Source: Chrysomallon squamiferum (taxonomy: Eukaryota > Animalia > Mollusca). From it: DNA of 64,000 nucleotides. Both the position numbers and the translations under genes were made by a program. Each line of letters starts with the position of its first letter. The first letter of the stretch is position 1. The notes under the pieces were generated by a model, which saw only the letters and a program-made list of their open reading frames with translations, made no database searches and was not told the DNA's origin. This document shows positions 13,037-27,061 of this stretch, in pieces. The DNA is taken from NCBI GenBank assembly GCA_012295275.1, contig CM022669.1, forward strand, positions 17,112,001 through 17,176,000, given 5' to 3'.

Positions 13037-13592
13037 CTGAATTGCCTGCCAGAGAGATATAGTTACTAATTGTTTAATAGAAGTATTATTTTAATAAAGA
13101 GTGTCATTAAAATAGTTTTTCTAGCTTGTTAGCAACTGTTTTTGTTTTTCATACCTGTCTTAGTTTGGTTGATTAGCTTACCTTTCAAGACATGATTTTT
13201 ATAATTTTATATGTAGTTATCATTTGTAAAATGAATTAAACACTAAAATTTACCTTTATGGCCATTATGTTTTTTAAATTTTTTTATATATACTAATATG
13301 GCTATCATTTGTGAAATGATTAAACACTACCTATATGAAAATGAACAAGTTAATTTGGATTTTAGAGTTTTTGTTTAATTATTAATTCATACAAATTTCT
13401 GTGTGTCAGTATTTATAGTGATCTTTTCTACGTTCATGTCAATCATAATATATGAGTATTTTACACGATGTAAAATTAATTTTGTAATTTATGTTCTTCA
13501 GACTTACTTATTGTAAATGTAATAATGATAACACAAGATTATATAACAACAGCAATACAGTTTCTTTTGCAGCATTACAGTTCTGTATCAAG

Positions 13593-14663
13593 ATGATACC
13601 AAACCTTTTTGCTGGCACTCCATCCAAACGAAAATCACGGTTTAAGATCCTTGCCTTCGCCATTGTCTTAATAATAGCTCTTCATTTTCTCATCAATTTC
13701 GAGCAAATTCGAGAACACGGCAACTTTGCAGACCTGCCCATACCAATTGATCCCAACTTTGTTCCTTTGGGGATTTCTGAAATTGAAGAATTCCCATTCA
13801 CGGGTGAAGTGAAAGTCCCAAAGATCATTCATCAGACTTGGAAAGACACTCACATTCCTCGTAAATTTGAGAAGTGGATAAAAACTTGGACAACTAACCA
13901 TCCGGACTGGGAGTACATTCTGTGGACAGATGATAGTGCACGCCAGCTCATCGCAGACAAGTATCCGTATTTTCTAAAAATTTACAATGGCTATCAGGAA
14001 AACATTCGTAGGGCAGATGCTCTTCGCTATTTTGTTCTGTATGAATACGGCGGAGTTTACGCTGACATGGACGTCGAAAGTTTGAAGTCCTTAATTCCCA
14101 TATCGTATAAATATTCTTGTTATCTTGGTCAGGAACCTTATGAACATCCAATATTAGATGGTAATTTTGAAGAACTGGTAATCAATGCACTGATTGGCTG
14201 TCGCAAAGGTCATCCGTTCATGAAAATGATGATAGACTATCTTCCTCTATTTTCACATATGTGGAACGTCCTTGATAGCACTGGTCCTCATTTCATGACT
14301 TTCGTTTACAGACAGTACAAAAGCACAAACAATTTACCAGCCACCCACATAAATGGGACATTCTTGGCTCCAGCAGAGTATTTTTTCCCCACGATTGATC
14401 CCGTTAAACATTTTTCAATGCACTCGCTGTGCGGGCGTTTTCAACAGCTTTCTGACATCCAGAAACGAGCGTGTATGCAGTTAAAGCTGAAAGGAGTCAA
14501 ATACTCGGACAAGTTTGCCTTCACTACCCATCACTGGGTCCACACTTACATAGACTTTCGTCTCAAAGGTCCCATCGATATTCAGTACATTGTGAGACGT
14601 GTTCAAATCTACAAACATAAGGTCGGTTTGCAGGAAATTAGTCCTTTAAGAGAAATCTATTAA
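13593..14663 (+). CDS. GT32-family DxD glycosyltransferase (Gly_transf_sug domain; SUR1/CSH1/OCH1-like), Golgi type II membrane protein, about 356-369 aa
   Basis: Long ORF 13491-14663; motifs VPKIIHQTWK, HPDWEYILWTD, RADALRYFVLYEYGGVYADMD, STGPHF, HHWVHTY; basic tail KRKSRFK followed by a single TM (ILAFAIVLIIALHFLI). Start is either ATG 13593 or spliced from 11412. Confidence 0.9.
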   Translation: MIPNLFAGTPSKRKSRFKILAFAIVLIIALHFLINFEQIREHGNFADLPIPIDPNFVPLGISEIEEFPFTGEVKVPKIIHQTWKDTHIPRKFEKWIKTWTTNHPDWEYILWTDDSARQLIADKYPYFLKIYNGYQENIRRADALRYFVLYEYGGVYADMDVESLKSLIPISYKYSCYLGQEPYEHPILDGNFEELVINALIGCRKGHPFMKMMIDYLPLFSHMWNVLDSTGPHFMTFVYRQYKSTNNLPATHINGTFLAPAEYFFPTIDPVKHFSMHSLCGRFQQLSDIQKRACMQLKLKGVKYSDKFAFTTHHWVHTYIDFRLKGPIDIQYIVRRVQIYKHKVGLQEISPLREIY

Positions 14664-14681
14664 TTGTATTTACATTATAGT

Positions 14682-14730
<49 letters not shown>

Positions 14731-15318
14731 AAATTATTTAAATGATAACAAAGCCATTTTGTGTATATAACTGTCTATGATATATTTATTTTATATTTTA
14801 TTTTTTTTGTGCTTTTTAAAGACTATATATTAAAATCTTGTTTTCTGACATAAACAAGTCACGGTACTTTACAACTGTTATCCATCTGGGCACAATATCA
14901 TATGGTTTGACTTTTTAAAATATTTTAATTTTTCTAAAAGGTATTTTGACAATGAGGTGTATTTTTATTAAATATCAGATATTTTTAACAGAAATACTTG
15001 TTTCGTGTGGGAAAAAACAGTATCATACTGTTAGTTTGTCATAATTATAAGTAATTGCTAATCTCAAATTTAAATTACAGTTACTGTTTAAATCAAATGT
15101 AATTGCACAGTGAAGTTTAACATCCATAAATTAATACATTTCTAAATTTAGAAAAAATAAGGCTAATAAAGAAATGAGAATTAAAATATATATATAGTAA
15201 TAATTTTCAATGACATTTGTAAAAGGTGGATTTCAAACAGTGCATTACTGTATTACATTTGACAGACAGCATGTTTCTGCAAGAGAACAAAATATCTTAT
15301 GGGATGTCTGGCAGTCAG

Positions 15319-15453
15319 ACAAGTGCATTTAGGTCACTCAAAATAGTAGCAATATAAACGTCACAGTGTCTGCAACCCCCCCCCAAAAAACCTTTCAGAC
15401 TATGCAAATTTTACAAGTGCATTTAGGTCACTCAAACTAGCAGCAATATAAAC
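15319..15453 (+). repeat. 41-bp direct repeat in the GT32 3' region
   Basis: ACAAGTGCATTTAGGTCACTCAAA.TAG.AGCAATATAAAC at 15319 and 15413. Confidence 0.88.
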
Positions 15454-15939
15454 CTCATTAATTGATTGTATAAATTGTTTATATTGCATAAACATTCATA
15501 ATGCTGCCTTACATTTTGTAATAAACGCAGATTAAAACTGTTGAGTAGTATTTAATATAATAAACCTATTTTACGACACTTAAAGTAATACATATTTTGT
15601 TTATATAATAAACATTTATGGTATGTAAATCACTGGTCATCTATTATCCATTTGTGCCCATCCATAAGGCCTCTAAAATGTTCTAAATAATCATGTGATG
15701 TTATTGTCCTGTATCTGTACTGATTACTTCAAAAATTAATTAACATGGTATTTTATACCTACAAATGAATGAATATTAAAGAGAACAATTCAAATTATTA
15801 AACAATTTTACGAGTACAAATAATTCTGAATTTTTAAATATTTCATTTAATTATTTATTACTGTCATTTATAAATTAAATGAAATTAACATACATATAAT
15901 GTGAAATGATTTCATGTGTTTATTTTGATAAACATTACA

Positions 15940-17680
15940 ATAATAATCGATATGAAAGAACATGAATAAACACAAAAATATAAAAAATTAAATAATCATA
16001 TCGTGAAGGAATAGTAAATAACAAAAAGATGAAGAAGAGATGGGGAAACCCAGAAGAATGAGAAGAAAGGTAAAAAAAAAAACCACAGAAAAGAATGAAA
16101 AAACCACAAGAAGAATGGTAAGTAAATAAGAAAGGAGTGTGGAAATAAATAAAAAATAAAAATAAGCAAATAATAATCAAATAACTATGAAATAAAGAAT
16201 ACATATGAAGAATAAGGAAAAAACAACAGGCAAGAGGGCAGAAAAAACAAGAAAAATAAATAAATTGAATACACAAGAAAAGAAAAATGATAATCTTGAA
16301 AAAAATAATAATCACATAAGATAAAGCATTCATTTGAAGAAACAAGAAGACAAGACTAAGAAGAAAGGTATTTTAACAGCATATATGCTAATGTGTGAGT
16401 GTTAAAAAAAAAAACAAAAAAAAAAACATAAGAAAGATGCAAATGAAGAAGCAAGAAGACAGAAGAAAAAGGAAAAACATGAATGGTAAGTAATTTGAAA
16501 TAATAAAATGCACACTTCCATCACTAGTAATAAATAAAAAAAATAAAAAAATAAATAACAATCATAAGAAATAACAAATAACTTAACAAAGAAGAATAAG
16601 AAAAAGGAATAAAAAAAACCAAGAAGATAGAAGAGTAAGAAAAAAAAAGAAAAGAAAAGTAAGTTAAAACTATGAATTTAGACAACAATAATAAATAGTT
16701 AAGTAATAAATGAATTTACACACAAATAAATAAATAAGTAATAAATTATCATAACTGATGTAAGATAAAGATGCATATGAAGAAAATGATGAAACAAAAA
16801 GAGTTAAGTAATTTGAAGCAGTAACAATATATATATAAAATTTTCAAAATTTAATAATAGAAGAAACAAGAAGAATTCCTTGGTGGTTGAAACAAAGAAC
16901 ATAAAATATAATAATAAAACACTAACATAATAATCACATGATATTAGAAGACTGAAAACTAACAAGAAACAACAACACAGAATAAGAAGAAGAAACAGAA
17001 AGACACATGAGAGGGAAGATGCAAAAAGAAAGAAGAATAAGATTATACAAATTACAATAATAATTTTTTTTTTTTTTTTTTTTTTTGTAATCAAATAACT
17101 ATAAGATAAACATTTGAAGAAACAAGAAGACAGAAGAATTAAATGACCAACAACAAAATAAAAAATAAATAAAAATAGTAATTGTTTCAATTCATTCTGA
17201 GATCATAATTATTTAAAAATAAATAAATAAATAAAGATATGCTTAAAAGCAATGTTAGGAACATTATTGAAACTAGACATCCAAAATATTACACCAAATC
17301 TGTATAAGTTCAGTTTAGCCTAAATTAGTGAACCAAATGTCCATAATGTTTAAGGATTCTGTCACTACAGAATAATAAGCAAGTGTTTTAGAATATTGTA
17401 TCTTGAGGTCACTGGCTGGCACCTTTTAAAAATGTCTTGAAAATAAATTATCACTTCCCCCCATTCTCTAGGAACTACGGATTTAATTTTAATTTTTCGT
17501 AATTTCTTTTTCATTAATAATAAAAAAATAAAAAAATAGAAAGAAAACATTGAAAGAAAAAAGAAAAGAGTATGACAAAGAAAAAAGAAAAAGAGTATGA
17601 CAAAGAAAAAAGTAATAACAAAATAGAAAAAATAATAATAAAAAGAAAAAAGAAAAGACAAATGGATGAAACAAGGTAGC
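15940..17680 (+). repeat. Purine-rich degenerate repeat tract
   Basis: Strong A/G skew; recurring CATTTGAAGAAACAAGAAGAC, TAATCAAATAACTAT and GAATGGTAAGTAA motifs. Confidence 0.6.
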
Positions 17681-18099
17681 TGTCGCTGTTAGATTATACT
17701 CAATGTTTTATTTACAAAAGGACATGACATAATTATAATAATTGAGTCTTGGGTAGCTGTTGATACATTAATTTACTTTTGACTAAGACTTTCTTAATAA
17801 TAATAATAATAAAATAATACACAAATGCCGACGCGATTCTTTGAAACAATAGTTTGCATCTATATTCTAAATTTAGAAATCATTATTAATTTATTGTAAT
17901 AAAAAAATAAAAAAATTGTTTGAATATATACTTATATAAATGTTTTATTTGCAGGAAATTAGATATTCAGGAAAATTGACCATGATTTAAGCTTCTAACA
18001 ATATACCAGACATTAAATTATAACTGCTAATTTTTGTTGTCATCGCTAAAAACTAAAATATAACACTACTGTTTAGCTATTAGTATTAACAATAATTAT

Positions 18100-18283
18100 T
18101 TATTGATGTAACCAACAACGCTCGTTTTATACTTCGTATATTTTCGTTCATTTCCGTTATGTTTAGGAACGCAACGGAAACAGCCTATCTTCTGGTGCAA
18201 CAAGTAAACTAGAAAATTAATAGCCACGCTGTCATGTATGTTTAAGCAGCGAAGTAAGTGCATTTAAAGAATTACTAGAAACT
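18100..18283 (+). promoter_or_regulatory. Probable promoter and non-coding first exon of the UGCG-like gene
   Basis: CpG-rich patch (about 17800-18500) with TTCCG/CGGAA motifs and two GTAAGT donors at 18254 and 18284, followed by CpG-poor intron-like sequence up to the acceptor at 34332. Confidence 0.5.
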
Positions 18284-18636
18284 GTAAGTAATGTTTACTT
18301 TTTCAGTACATTAGTTCATTTACTGTCATTCGTATTTTTGCGATTCATTTTCTGTCAAAATGTCGCAGGACAAATTTAGTGTCCGATTTAACTTGTGAGA
18401 CTGGTGGTCCGTTACCAATGCGTTCGGAAACATTTTAGGTCGTTCATGTTAGTGTGCAAGAATGTATAACGCTGCTACTGAATTTCAAAGTATTAACATT
18501 TATTAAGACAAACTTATGACATATGACAATTTTTATGGGTTTGATAAATGGTATAAATTATAATAAGAAGTTTCATTATTATTATTTTTTTTTTTTTATT
18601 ATTATTATTTTTATATATATATTTTTATTATTATTA

Positions 18637-18797
18637 ATACATAAAAACATTCTGACATTTCAGAGCGTTGAATTTTTATTTATATTTATTTATATTTTTG
18701 GTGGTTATTTGACAAATAATACATAACATTCTGACATTTCAGAGCGTTGAATCATTATTTATATTTATTTATATTTTTGGTGATCATTTGACAAATA
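18637..18797 (+). repeat. Tandem duplication, about 80-bp unit
   Basis: AACATTCTGACATTTCAGAGCGTTGAAT...TTTGACAAATA occurs twice. Confidence 0.9.
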
Positions 18798-20807
18798 GTT
18801 GTTAAATTTAAAGATTTTAAATAATAATAATAATAATAATAAGCAGTAGTAGTAGTAGTAATTAAAAGAGTAATAATAATAATTCTTCAACTGCTGTTAA
18901 ACATTTATAAAATAAATTATGCATTTAATATCTTTAAATATATTGCATAATACATTATATATTAAACAATAATATACTGTGTAGTTAAATATTCAAAATG
19001 TGTAAAAAATACACAAGAACTACTATTTGGATGTTCCTATCAGCTGAACTTAGACTGAAATATCAGTTAATTATAATTATGTAATTATTTTCTTTCATGG
19101 ATTTAGGTTAGACTGGGAAAAGATTGGGTTTGTAAAAATTCATTTAAGTAACTTAAAACCATATTTGTACTGACAGCTCAGAATATTAATTCCCCTAGAA
19201 GCCAAGATAGTAGTAAGCCTGTATTCATACCACTACATTAACAATTTAAACACATTATATATAATGAGAAAGAAAAGCTGGTGTACTATTACTAATAAGC
19301 TATCCTTAAACTGTCTTTACGTGTAAATACAGAGGATATTTTCAAAATATGTGCCAAAAACAAAGCTGCTCATACCCTTGGAGGTTCTAATCCTTTATCA
19401 AATGGTTGACTGAATAAAATTAAAGCTAGCTTGTTCAGACAATCTTGGCCTTTTGGATTGTGATCCCCAGAGAGATAATTGTGTTTCACAGCTGTTTACT
19501 CTGATGAGTGCATTAAACTTTAATGAAAAATAAGGAAATAGTAATTATTATTACAAGTTTATTTAATTATTAACAACAACAAAAACAGTAAATAAGTAGA
19601 TGAATTAATGAAAAAGATTTGGATTAAAAATTTATTAATAATGATGATAAAAAAAATAAAAGATCAGACAAAATTAAAGACTGTAGGTGTAAAACATTGT
19701 GATTGCATCCTTTCTTGAACCTGATTTCTTTTTGTTATCTATCTGTCATTGTCATGTGATGTGCAAAAATATATTGTTATTGATTTATCAGTCTTAAATA
19801 TAGTTTTGTGCTGGTTCATTCTGTACAGTTGTTTGCATTATGAAATGGTAAACATTAGCATAGATTATTTTGGTATTTTTGTATATCTTTTTTTATTATT
19901 TTTTTTTACCTTCTGGTCTTATGTTGTTTCTCCTTTCTGAAAAGATAGCTTATCTGGTAAGAATATTCATCAAATATTGATGAGAAGGGTTGGTGGAATT
20001 GTTAATTAGGATGGAATTGATTTATTGTGGCAGTATGCAGTTTATATTTTCAGTTTTATGGTGTTGAGAAGTTACAAAATTAGTGTTGCTGTTATTAATG
20101 TATTTACATATTTTTTATTTTACTGATTTCTTTATTTTTATATTATCAGTACTATTTTCAAGTTTTATGTTTACTGATAATTTGCTATTGAAACAATTTG
20201 TAAGAATTACAATTTCTCTGTTTATAAAGTTAAATAATTTTGTAATACATTTTCTAAAAAAACAAACAAAAAAACGAAGTTAAAAATTTTATACAAAAGA
20301 ATCACCCTCCACCACATAAAAAAGTTAATAATAGTAATAATATATAATTTAATAATTATTGTTTACTAGCATATGTGGTACTATTAAGTAGGGTGATTCA
20401 TTTTTAGTTTATAATATTTCTTATTGGAAATGTTTTACAGTTCAGAGAGAGAGTATGTGTGTGTATTGTTATGCATTGAATGTTATCACCCACAGCATTG
20501 TAATCGTAATAGTTAAAATCACACTTTTAACAGAAAATAAAAGTCAGTAAAATAATTTTTTGGACTTATTAATTTTTAGTGATATTTCTATTTTTTTTAT
20601 TCTTCTTCATTCTTTTTTTTTTTACTAACTTTTTTTTTTGTTAATCTTAATATAAAACGATAAAAGAAATTAATTATCATGTTTTTATGGGTTTTATTTG
20701 GTGTATGTATGTTTTATGTGACATGTAAGAGCTAGTCTGAGTGATATATCTGATATAAATTTCACTTCATTGACACATAAACATTTATTTATTTATTTAT
20801 TTCACAT

Positions 20808-20980
20808 TGCTCCAAGACTAGTTTACCAAAGGTCATGGTTGGTTGAAAGGTGTGTATAATGAAATCCCTTCCTGCTAAAACTAAATAATATTACTTTATT
20901 TCCTCTCTCACTTTCTGCATGGTCCTTAACGTAATATATGACACCATATATTGTACATTGAAAATAAAGATTTCCTTTCT
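20808..20980 (+). mobile_element. Degenerate SINE relic (central domain and tail; resembles molluscan Nin-domain tRNA-SINEs)
   Basis: TGCTCCAAGACTAG..CAAAGG..GGTGTGTATAATGAAATCCCTTCCTGCTAA..TTTCCTCTCTCA..TGGTCCTTAAC..TGACACCATATA. Related fragments at 1017-1060, 21415-21488(-), 29272-29352, 30736-30800, 31406-31440, 38763-38878, 58577-58650(-). Family recognised from memory. Confidence 0.55.
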
Positions 20981-23252
20981 ACCATGTACATTTTTACTTT
21001 GACATATCAGGTAGCTAATATTACTACTTGTTCAGACATGTCTAAAAAAACATTGTATTGTATCAACCCATAGTTCTTCCAATTTATTTTTAATGTGTTT
21101 GTTTTCACCTTCTAGTCAAATGTAGATAATTATGAATATTATGATCAAGTGACACTGAAATTGTATTTTAATTAAATAAGGATTATTTGAAATTGGGTTG
21201 GTGCCTATGCTATGAGACATATTCAGTTTTTTTAATAATGGTTTGGGATATTAAAGTGTTTTCATTAATCGTACGTCTTCTGGATATTAGTATCAAATAG
21301 TCAAAGAAATAAATGTTTTTATATAAGAACAACACTTTCTGTAATCTGTTGTATGTATGTATGTATGTATGTATGTATTAATATCAATATGGATTGATTA
21401 TACCGTTAACAAGAAAGGGCTACACTTATTCAGTTATCAGGATATATTTGAAAAGCACCTTTCCACAGAAAGGAAAATATTCACCATGCATAATTGTTTT
21501 GTATGTTAGACTTTATCACTCACAGACAAATATAAAATAAAATTTAAATTTGCTAATTCAAATTTTATTCTGTATTCTTTATTATATATTCCTTATTTGT
21601 CCTATTATTTTGTTAACTCATACTATAATGCATCTGTTGATTAAAAGAAATAAAAACTGGGACCATGAAGTTAATGCTATTAAAAAATTATTGTGCCTTT
21701 AGTCCATGATTAAAAATAAGAACAAAACAAAAAAAAAGCCCTGTATTTATATTTTTGTAGAGAATGTCTACTGATTACGCAATTAGTCAGTTATAATAGG
21801 CTATTAATTTGAATAAGATCATGCGTGTATATCACAGTGGGCAATGACTTGTGAACAGATTAACTGACAAAATATGCAAGGAGATTTTCTATTGTTTAGG
21901 TAATCATGCCTTAATGACATCACTGTTTCTATTTTTGTTCGTAGATATAGTGGCTCACATTTCTGTAATTATGGCTTAGGTATTTCAATGCGTGTATGTC
22001 AGAGAACGTTATACTAGTACAGATCGCCACTAATTGGTGTCCACATTTGGTGTCTTAAAAGTATTTAAATTTTAACCCAGAAATAATACAAGTTAGTTGC
22101 ATCACTTCAGAATAAGTTATAGTGCATATATGCATTAATTTCTGCATATAAGAGAATACACGTTTGTTTTTTACGTTTGTTATTTATTTATTTAGTAGTT
22201 TGCTTTTTAAATTTAAAATAAATAAATAAATAAATGTTTATTTTTATTATTTATTTATTTATTGTTGAAGACTTATTTAAAATAAGATCTGCATAGCATT
22301 CAGTTAAGAACAGTAATTTTAAAAGAACCTTTTTATTATTAATTTTCTTTATACTAATTTATACTAATAAATTAAAAGAAGAAAAAGAAGACAATTAAAT
22401 AATATATGTTTGTCTTCATTATTTGTGCTTCATTCATCAAAATTTCAATAAGATTTCATAAAAATTTAAAATGTATACATAGTTCAAATTTTTTTTATCA
22501 AATGTGACAATACTGTTATTAACACACACATCATGATGACTTGCAGTTAAAAGTGTTTCTGTTCTGAGTCACACAAACTTCTCGTGGAAGTATTTTGAAA
22601 TAATTATTTATTATTGCAATATACTTCCAAGAGAGCTGCAGAAGTTTAATTATTTATTATTACAACACTACTGAAAGAGTCAGGTGATTCTTTATAAATG
22701 ACTGACTTATCTTGAATGGGATTTTGCAGTCAGATCATTTGTCATTCCATTGCTATGCATGGTCAGGTGATTCCTAGTAATTGTGCTGTGCCTAAATAAA
22801 GCTGGGCTTAAAAAAAATTACTTTTCTGTTGTTACCTGTGACAGGTATGTACATGTTGACTTGTGTGGGGTACTGTATTTACTACTTGTATTTTCACACA
22901 TGCTGTATGCTAGTTATATATGTTTAGGCATTTTCATTATTCACTATATGTCATAAACTCGTTATTACACAGGCATTTCCCAAGTGCTTTGATCCCCTCA
23001 TATACATTATCCACACACTGTTAGTGTTACCATGTTACAGGTGATTGTTGTCAGTACTGTGATTTAGTAACCATGACAAGTGGTAAGGAAACAGATATGT
23101 GTGTCTTATTATGAACGGAAATATTCCACGTGTTGCACATGTTATTACTATTCCACTGCTGTTCTGGTATGTATCTGAATATATTAATTTTTATAAAAAA
23201 AATTTTTTTTTTTTATTAGTTTACTTATATTTCATCACTGAATGTGTGTTTT

Positions 23253-23281
<29 letters not shown>

Positions 23282-23284
<3 letters not shown>

Positions 23285-23380
23285 TGATATGATATGATAT
23301 GATATGATATGATATATGATATGATATGATATGATATGATATGATATGATATGATATGATATGATATGATATGATATGAT
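23282..23380. repeat. (ATATG)n pentanucleotide microsatellite
   Basis: Direct reading. Confidence 0.95.
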
Positions 23381-25478
23381 ATATAATATAATACAATACA
23401 ATACACATAGAAACACACAAACATAATAAGCATGTGTATGTGTGTGTGTGTGTTAATAATTTGAATAATTCATTGATCCAGATATAAGTTGTTGACTTAA
23501 AGTCTTAACTGTGCAGTTTTTAGTGTTAATTATAAGTCAGCTCTGTTGAAAGATTTGTTTTAGTTTTTATAACTTTTCATTTCACAGGTATGATGTAATA
23601 TTTTGTATGATATTAGTGGGCACTTGAGAATTTGTAATATATATTATCTTTATTATATTTATAATCTTTTTTATATTGATATTTGTTTCATATATATATT
23701 AATTCATATATAAAATTGATATAGTAATACATTTTCCAGGTATAATTCTGGTGTTATTGAAGTTTCTAATTTTATTTTAATGTTTTTTACTAACTTAAAA
23801 AAAATTTCATAAATTATTTATTAGTATTTTAGTCAGAATATAATTAAAACTTACAGCCAAGCCAGTCTTCATGTTTATAATATTATGTAGACATTCTCAA
23901 TAAATATTGGCCTGTATATAATTAATCTAATTATCGGTAAATATTCAGTAGTTTAAAAGCACTTACACATACATCGTTGGTGTATTTGTATGCATCTGTG
24001 TGTGAATTTGTGAATTTTGTTTATTTTGTTTATTTGAATATACTCTGTCTTAAAACAGAACAAATCTTAAGTTAATGGAATATTTCTTTTATGTGTATTT
24101 TAAACTCAGTGTTGTTGGTAACATTTTTGATCAATATACTTATTATATAAACTGAAAGTTAGAGTAAAATACTTTTTTTTTATCATACACTGACAGGTGT
24201 TAATGGATTGACATACAACAATGTTCTGTGATGACAGATAAAATATACAATTAACACACATACTCAGAATATACTCAGAATACACTTAGTATTCTCTTAT
24301 ATTTTGGAAGTGCAAATTTCAGACTCTGTGATATATTGTCACAAGTATTACCACAACGCAAGCTTTTAGAAAGTGAGTTGATTGCAGAGTAACATTTTCT
24401 GCTTAAACTGCTGACTTTATATATATATATATATATTTATTTATTTGTTCATTTCTGATTGCATGTATATATCTAGTTTCTCAGTTTGAACAGAATATGT
24501 TCATTCTTTGCTACCATAATTTTTATTGCCAATCAATTTCCAAGCCATCGCTGCTGATGTTGGTTTTAAATATTTTATATCTAATAACAATTTGTATAAT
24601 GATAATATGATTTAATGGTTGGAATCACACAAGAAGACGTGACCTAGATGAAATTGTAAACATGTTAAGAATGTGCAAGTATTGTCAACATATAGCTTGC
24701 TGTAAGGAGAAGTTTATGATTTAAATATTTTGTGGTTTTTGTTAATTGAAATTAATTCTTAAATAGCTATATTTTTAATAATAAAATCTGTGTGTTACTT
24801 GGTCAGTAATTGTGTAGACTGTTTAAGTAGTAATAAATTTGCTCTACACCATTCAAACAAATACTGTCAACTAGATATATACACCTAAACTCTACTTGGT
24901 TAGACAGAACAGTATAAAATGTACACATATACCAAGACATGCAAATACACATGTTACATGGATACACAATACATAAACATTTACATAGGCATTCTTCTAG
25001 TTATTTTTTAATTACATGGTTTTGATTACATTTCCCAAATGTGAAATCCATGCCATGATTGGTGTGACAGGTGGATCGTGCACTTTGAAAACTAAGAGTA
25101 GCATATTTATACATTATAAATAGACTTATGATATCATTCTTGTGCATCATCAGACCTTGGTTCGTCATCAGACCTTGGAACATCTGGTCTCTTGGTTTTG
25201 TTGATAATAAAAATTGCTAATTAGCTGTCTTATAATACTGGAAAAATTTGTTTTGGTTAGTGGCATTCATATTATTGCTTTTAGACAATTTTATCTACAG
25301 ATATAAATATAATTATAATGGTATCAAATCTAGTTTATATATGTAATGAGGGAGATAGTATAGTTGATAGTATTTGTTAATAAGTAGTCAGACATGGATT
25401 TTTGCTCTGTTCAAAATTACATATGGTTCTTTTTCTACCTCCATTAAGTGCCATCCTAGTGTTTGAAACATTGCCCTG

Positions 25479-25520
<42 letters not shown>

Positions 25521-27027
25521 TTATTTATTTATTTATTTATTGTTGAAGCCTATTAATAGTATTATAATTTTGTTTGAACTACTATATATTGTAATATTAA
25601 AGTGTACCTGTCCTGGATAAAAAAAAAAAAAGACAATGGCTGCTATATAGTATGTGTGTGTGTCTATATATATATGTATATATTAAATGCCGATACTAAA
25701 TGTGACAAAACAACATCATGCATCACACATATATTATGCATGATGTTGGCTGTCACATTTAATACCAGCAAACGTTGCTGTTGAGGGGAAATAATAAATT
25801 TCAAGTATATAAAATCTGTTTAGCTATTTAGTCATTATATTCACTTTTTATGACTTTAATAGTGTATGTGTGTGTAAATTCCATCTTTTTTTTTTTTTTT
25901 TTTTTTTATAAACATCTTTGTCCCAAATTTTAATTTCCTATTATTTATTTATTCATTTTTTACTCTCTTTTTTTTGTGTCTTATCAAGGGTATCAGTTAA
26001 CATCACTAGAATTCTCTTTTATTATGAAAATATGTAAAAAAAATTAATTAATTTGTATTCATAATAATTTGTAAATTGGTCGTTGAAATATACTGATGTC
26101 TCAATTATAAATACTGAATACTTTTTAATCCATAGGGTCAGATATATTTCATCAATTTAATTTGTCTGTTCTTAATTATGATTGAATATGTAATTTTGAC
26201 AGTTTTGTAACAACAACAATAATTAAATAAATAAAACTTTTTTTATTTTTTTTATTATTTTTTTTTATATATGTAGTGTTTAACTTTCTGTGGAGAATGG
26301 TTATATTGTAATTTACAAGATTATTATTATTGTTTAGCAATTATTCATATTTTGTTTTTGTTTTAACTTAATATTGTCCTGAGTAAATTTTTGTTGAAGT
26401 TGCAGTTATTACTGTTATAACTATAACTATCATTTTTATTTTAATATTATAAACTGACTAACCAGTTTTATTTGCACATATTCTGACACCTACGTGCAGG
26501 TCATTCTGTTTTATTGTCACACATATATATATATCTCGTGGTGATACCTCAATGTGTTCCTGGTGCACATGAATTGATTATTGTATCTTAATATGCAACA
26601 GCTGAGAAAAACACACAATGTGATCTTAAATACAGTTTTAAATATTAATGCAAGCTGTTTTAAGTTCTTACTGTTACAAGCTTGTTATTCTGAAAGCCTA
26701 AATAACACACAAAAAGCAAATACTCATGAAGGATAAAATTATCTTTTTTTGTTAATTCTTGTTAGATGTTAGCATTTTAAACAATCTTGATACATTTACT
26801 AATTAGTATTTCATGTTTACAATAATTATCTTCAGACCATCCTATATGTTAAAAGATATACTGATTAGTTTGTAACTCTACTATTATAACTGCATTTTCA
26901 ATATTTAATTTTGTAAAAATGATTTATTCTGTATACCTTTATAAAGATATGGCTGCTGTTGTTGGATTACAAAGTTAAATATATGTTGTATTCTAGGTTG
27001 AATTATTTAACTTCGAACACTGATATA

Positions 27028-27061
<34 letters not shown>

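Noticed and set aside
13491-13580. ORF-track start MFFRLTY for the GT32 protein
   Set aside because: The ATG overlaps a pyrimidine tract and acceptor; the segment is probably intronic or UTR.
15935-17674. Hydrophobic F/L/I-rich minus-strand ORFs resembling membrane proteins
   Set aside because: Artefacts of the T/C-rich strand of the purine tract; no recognisable domain.
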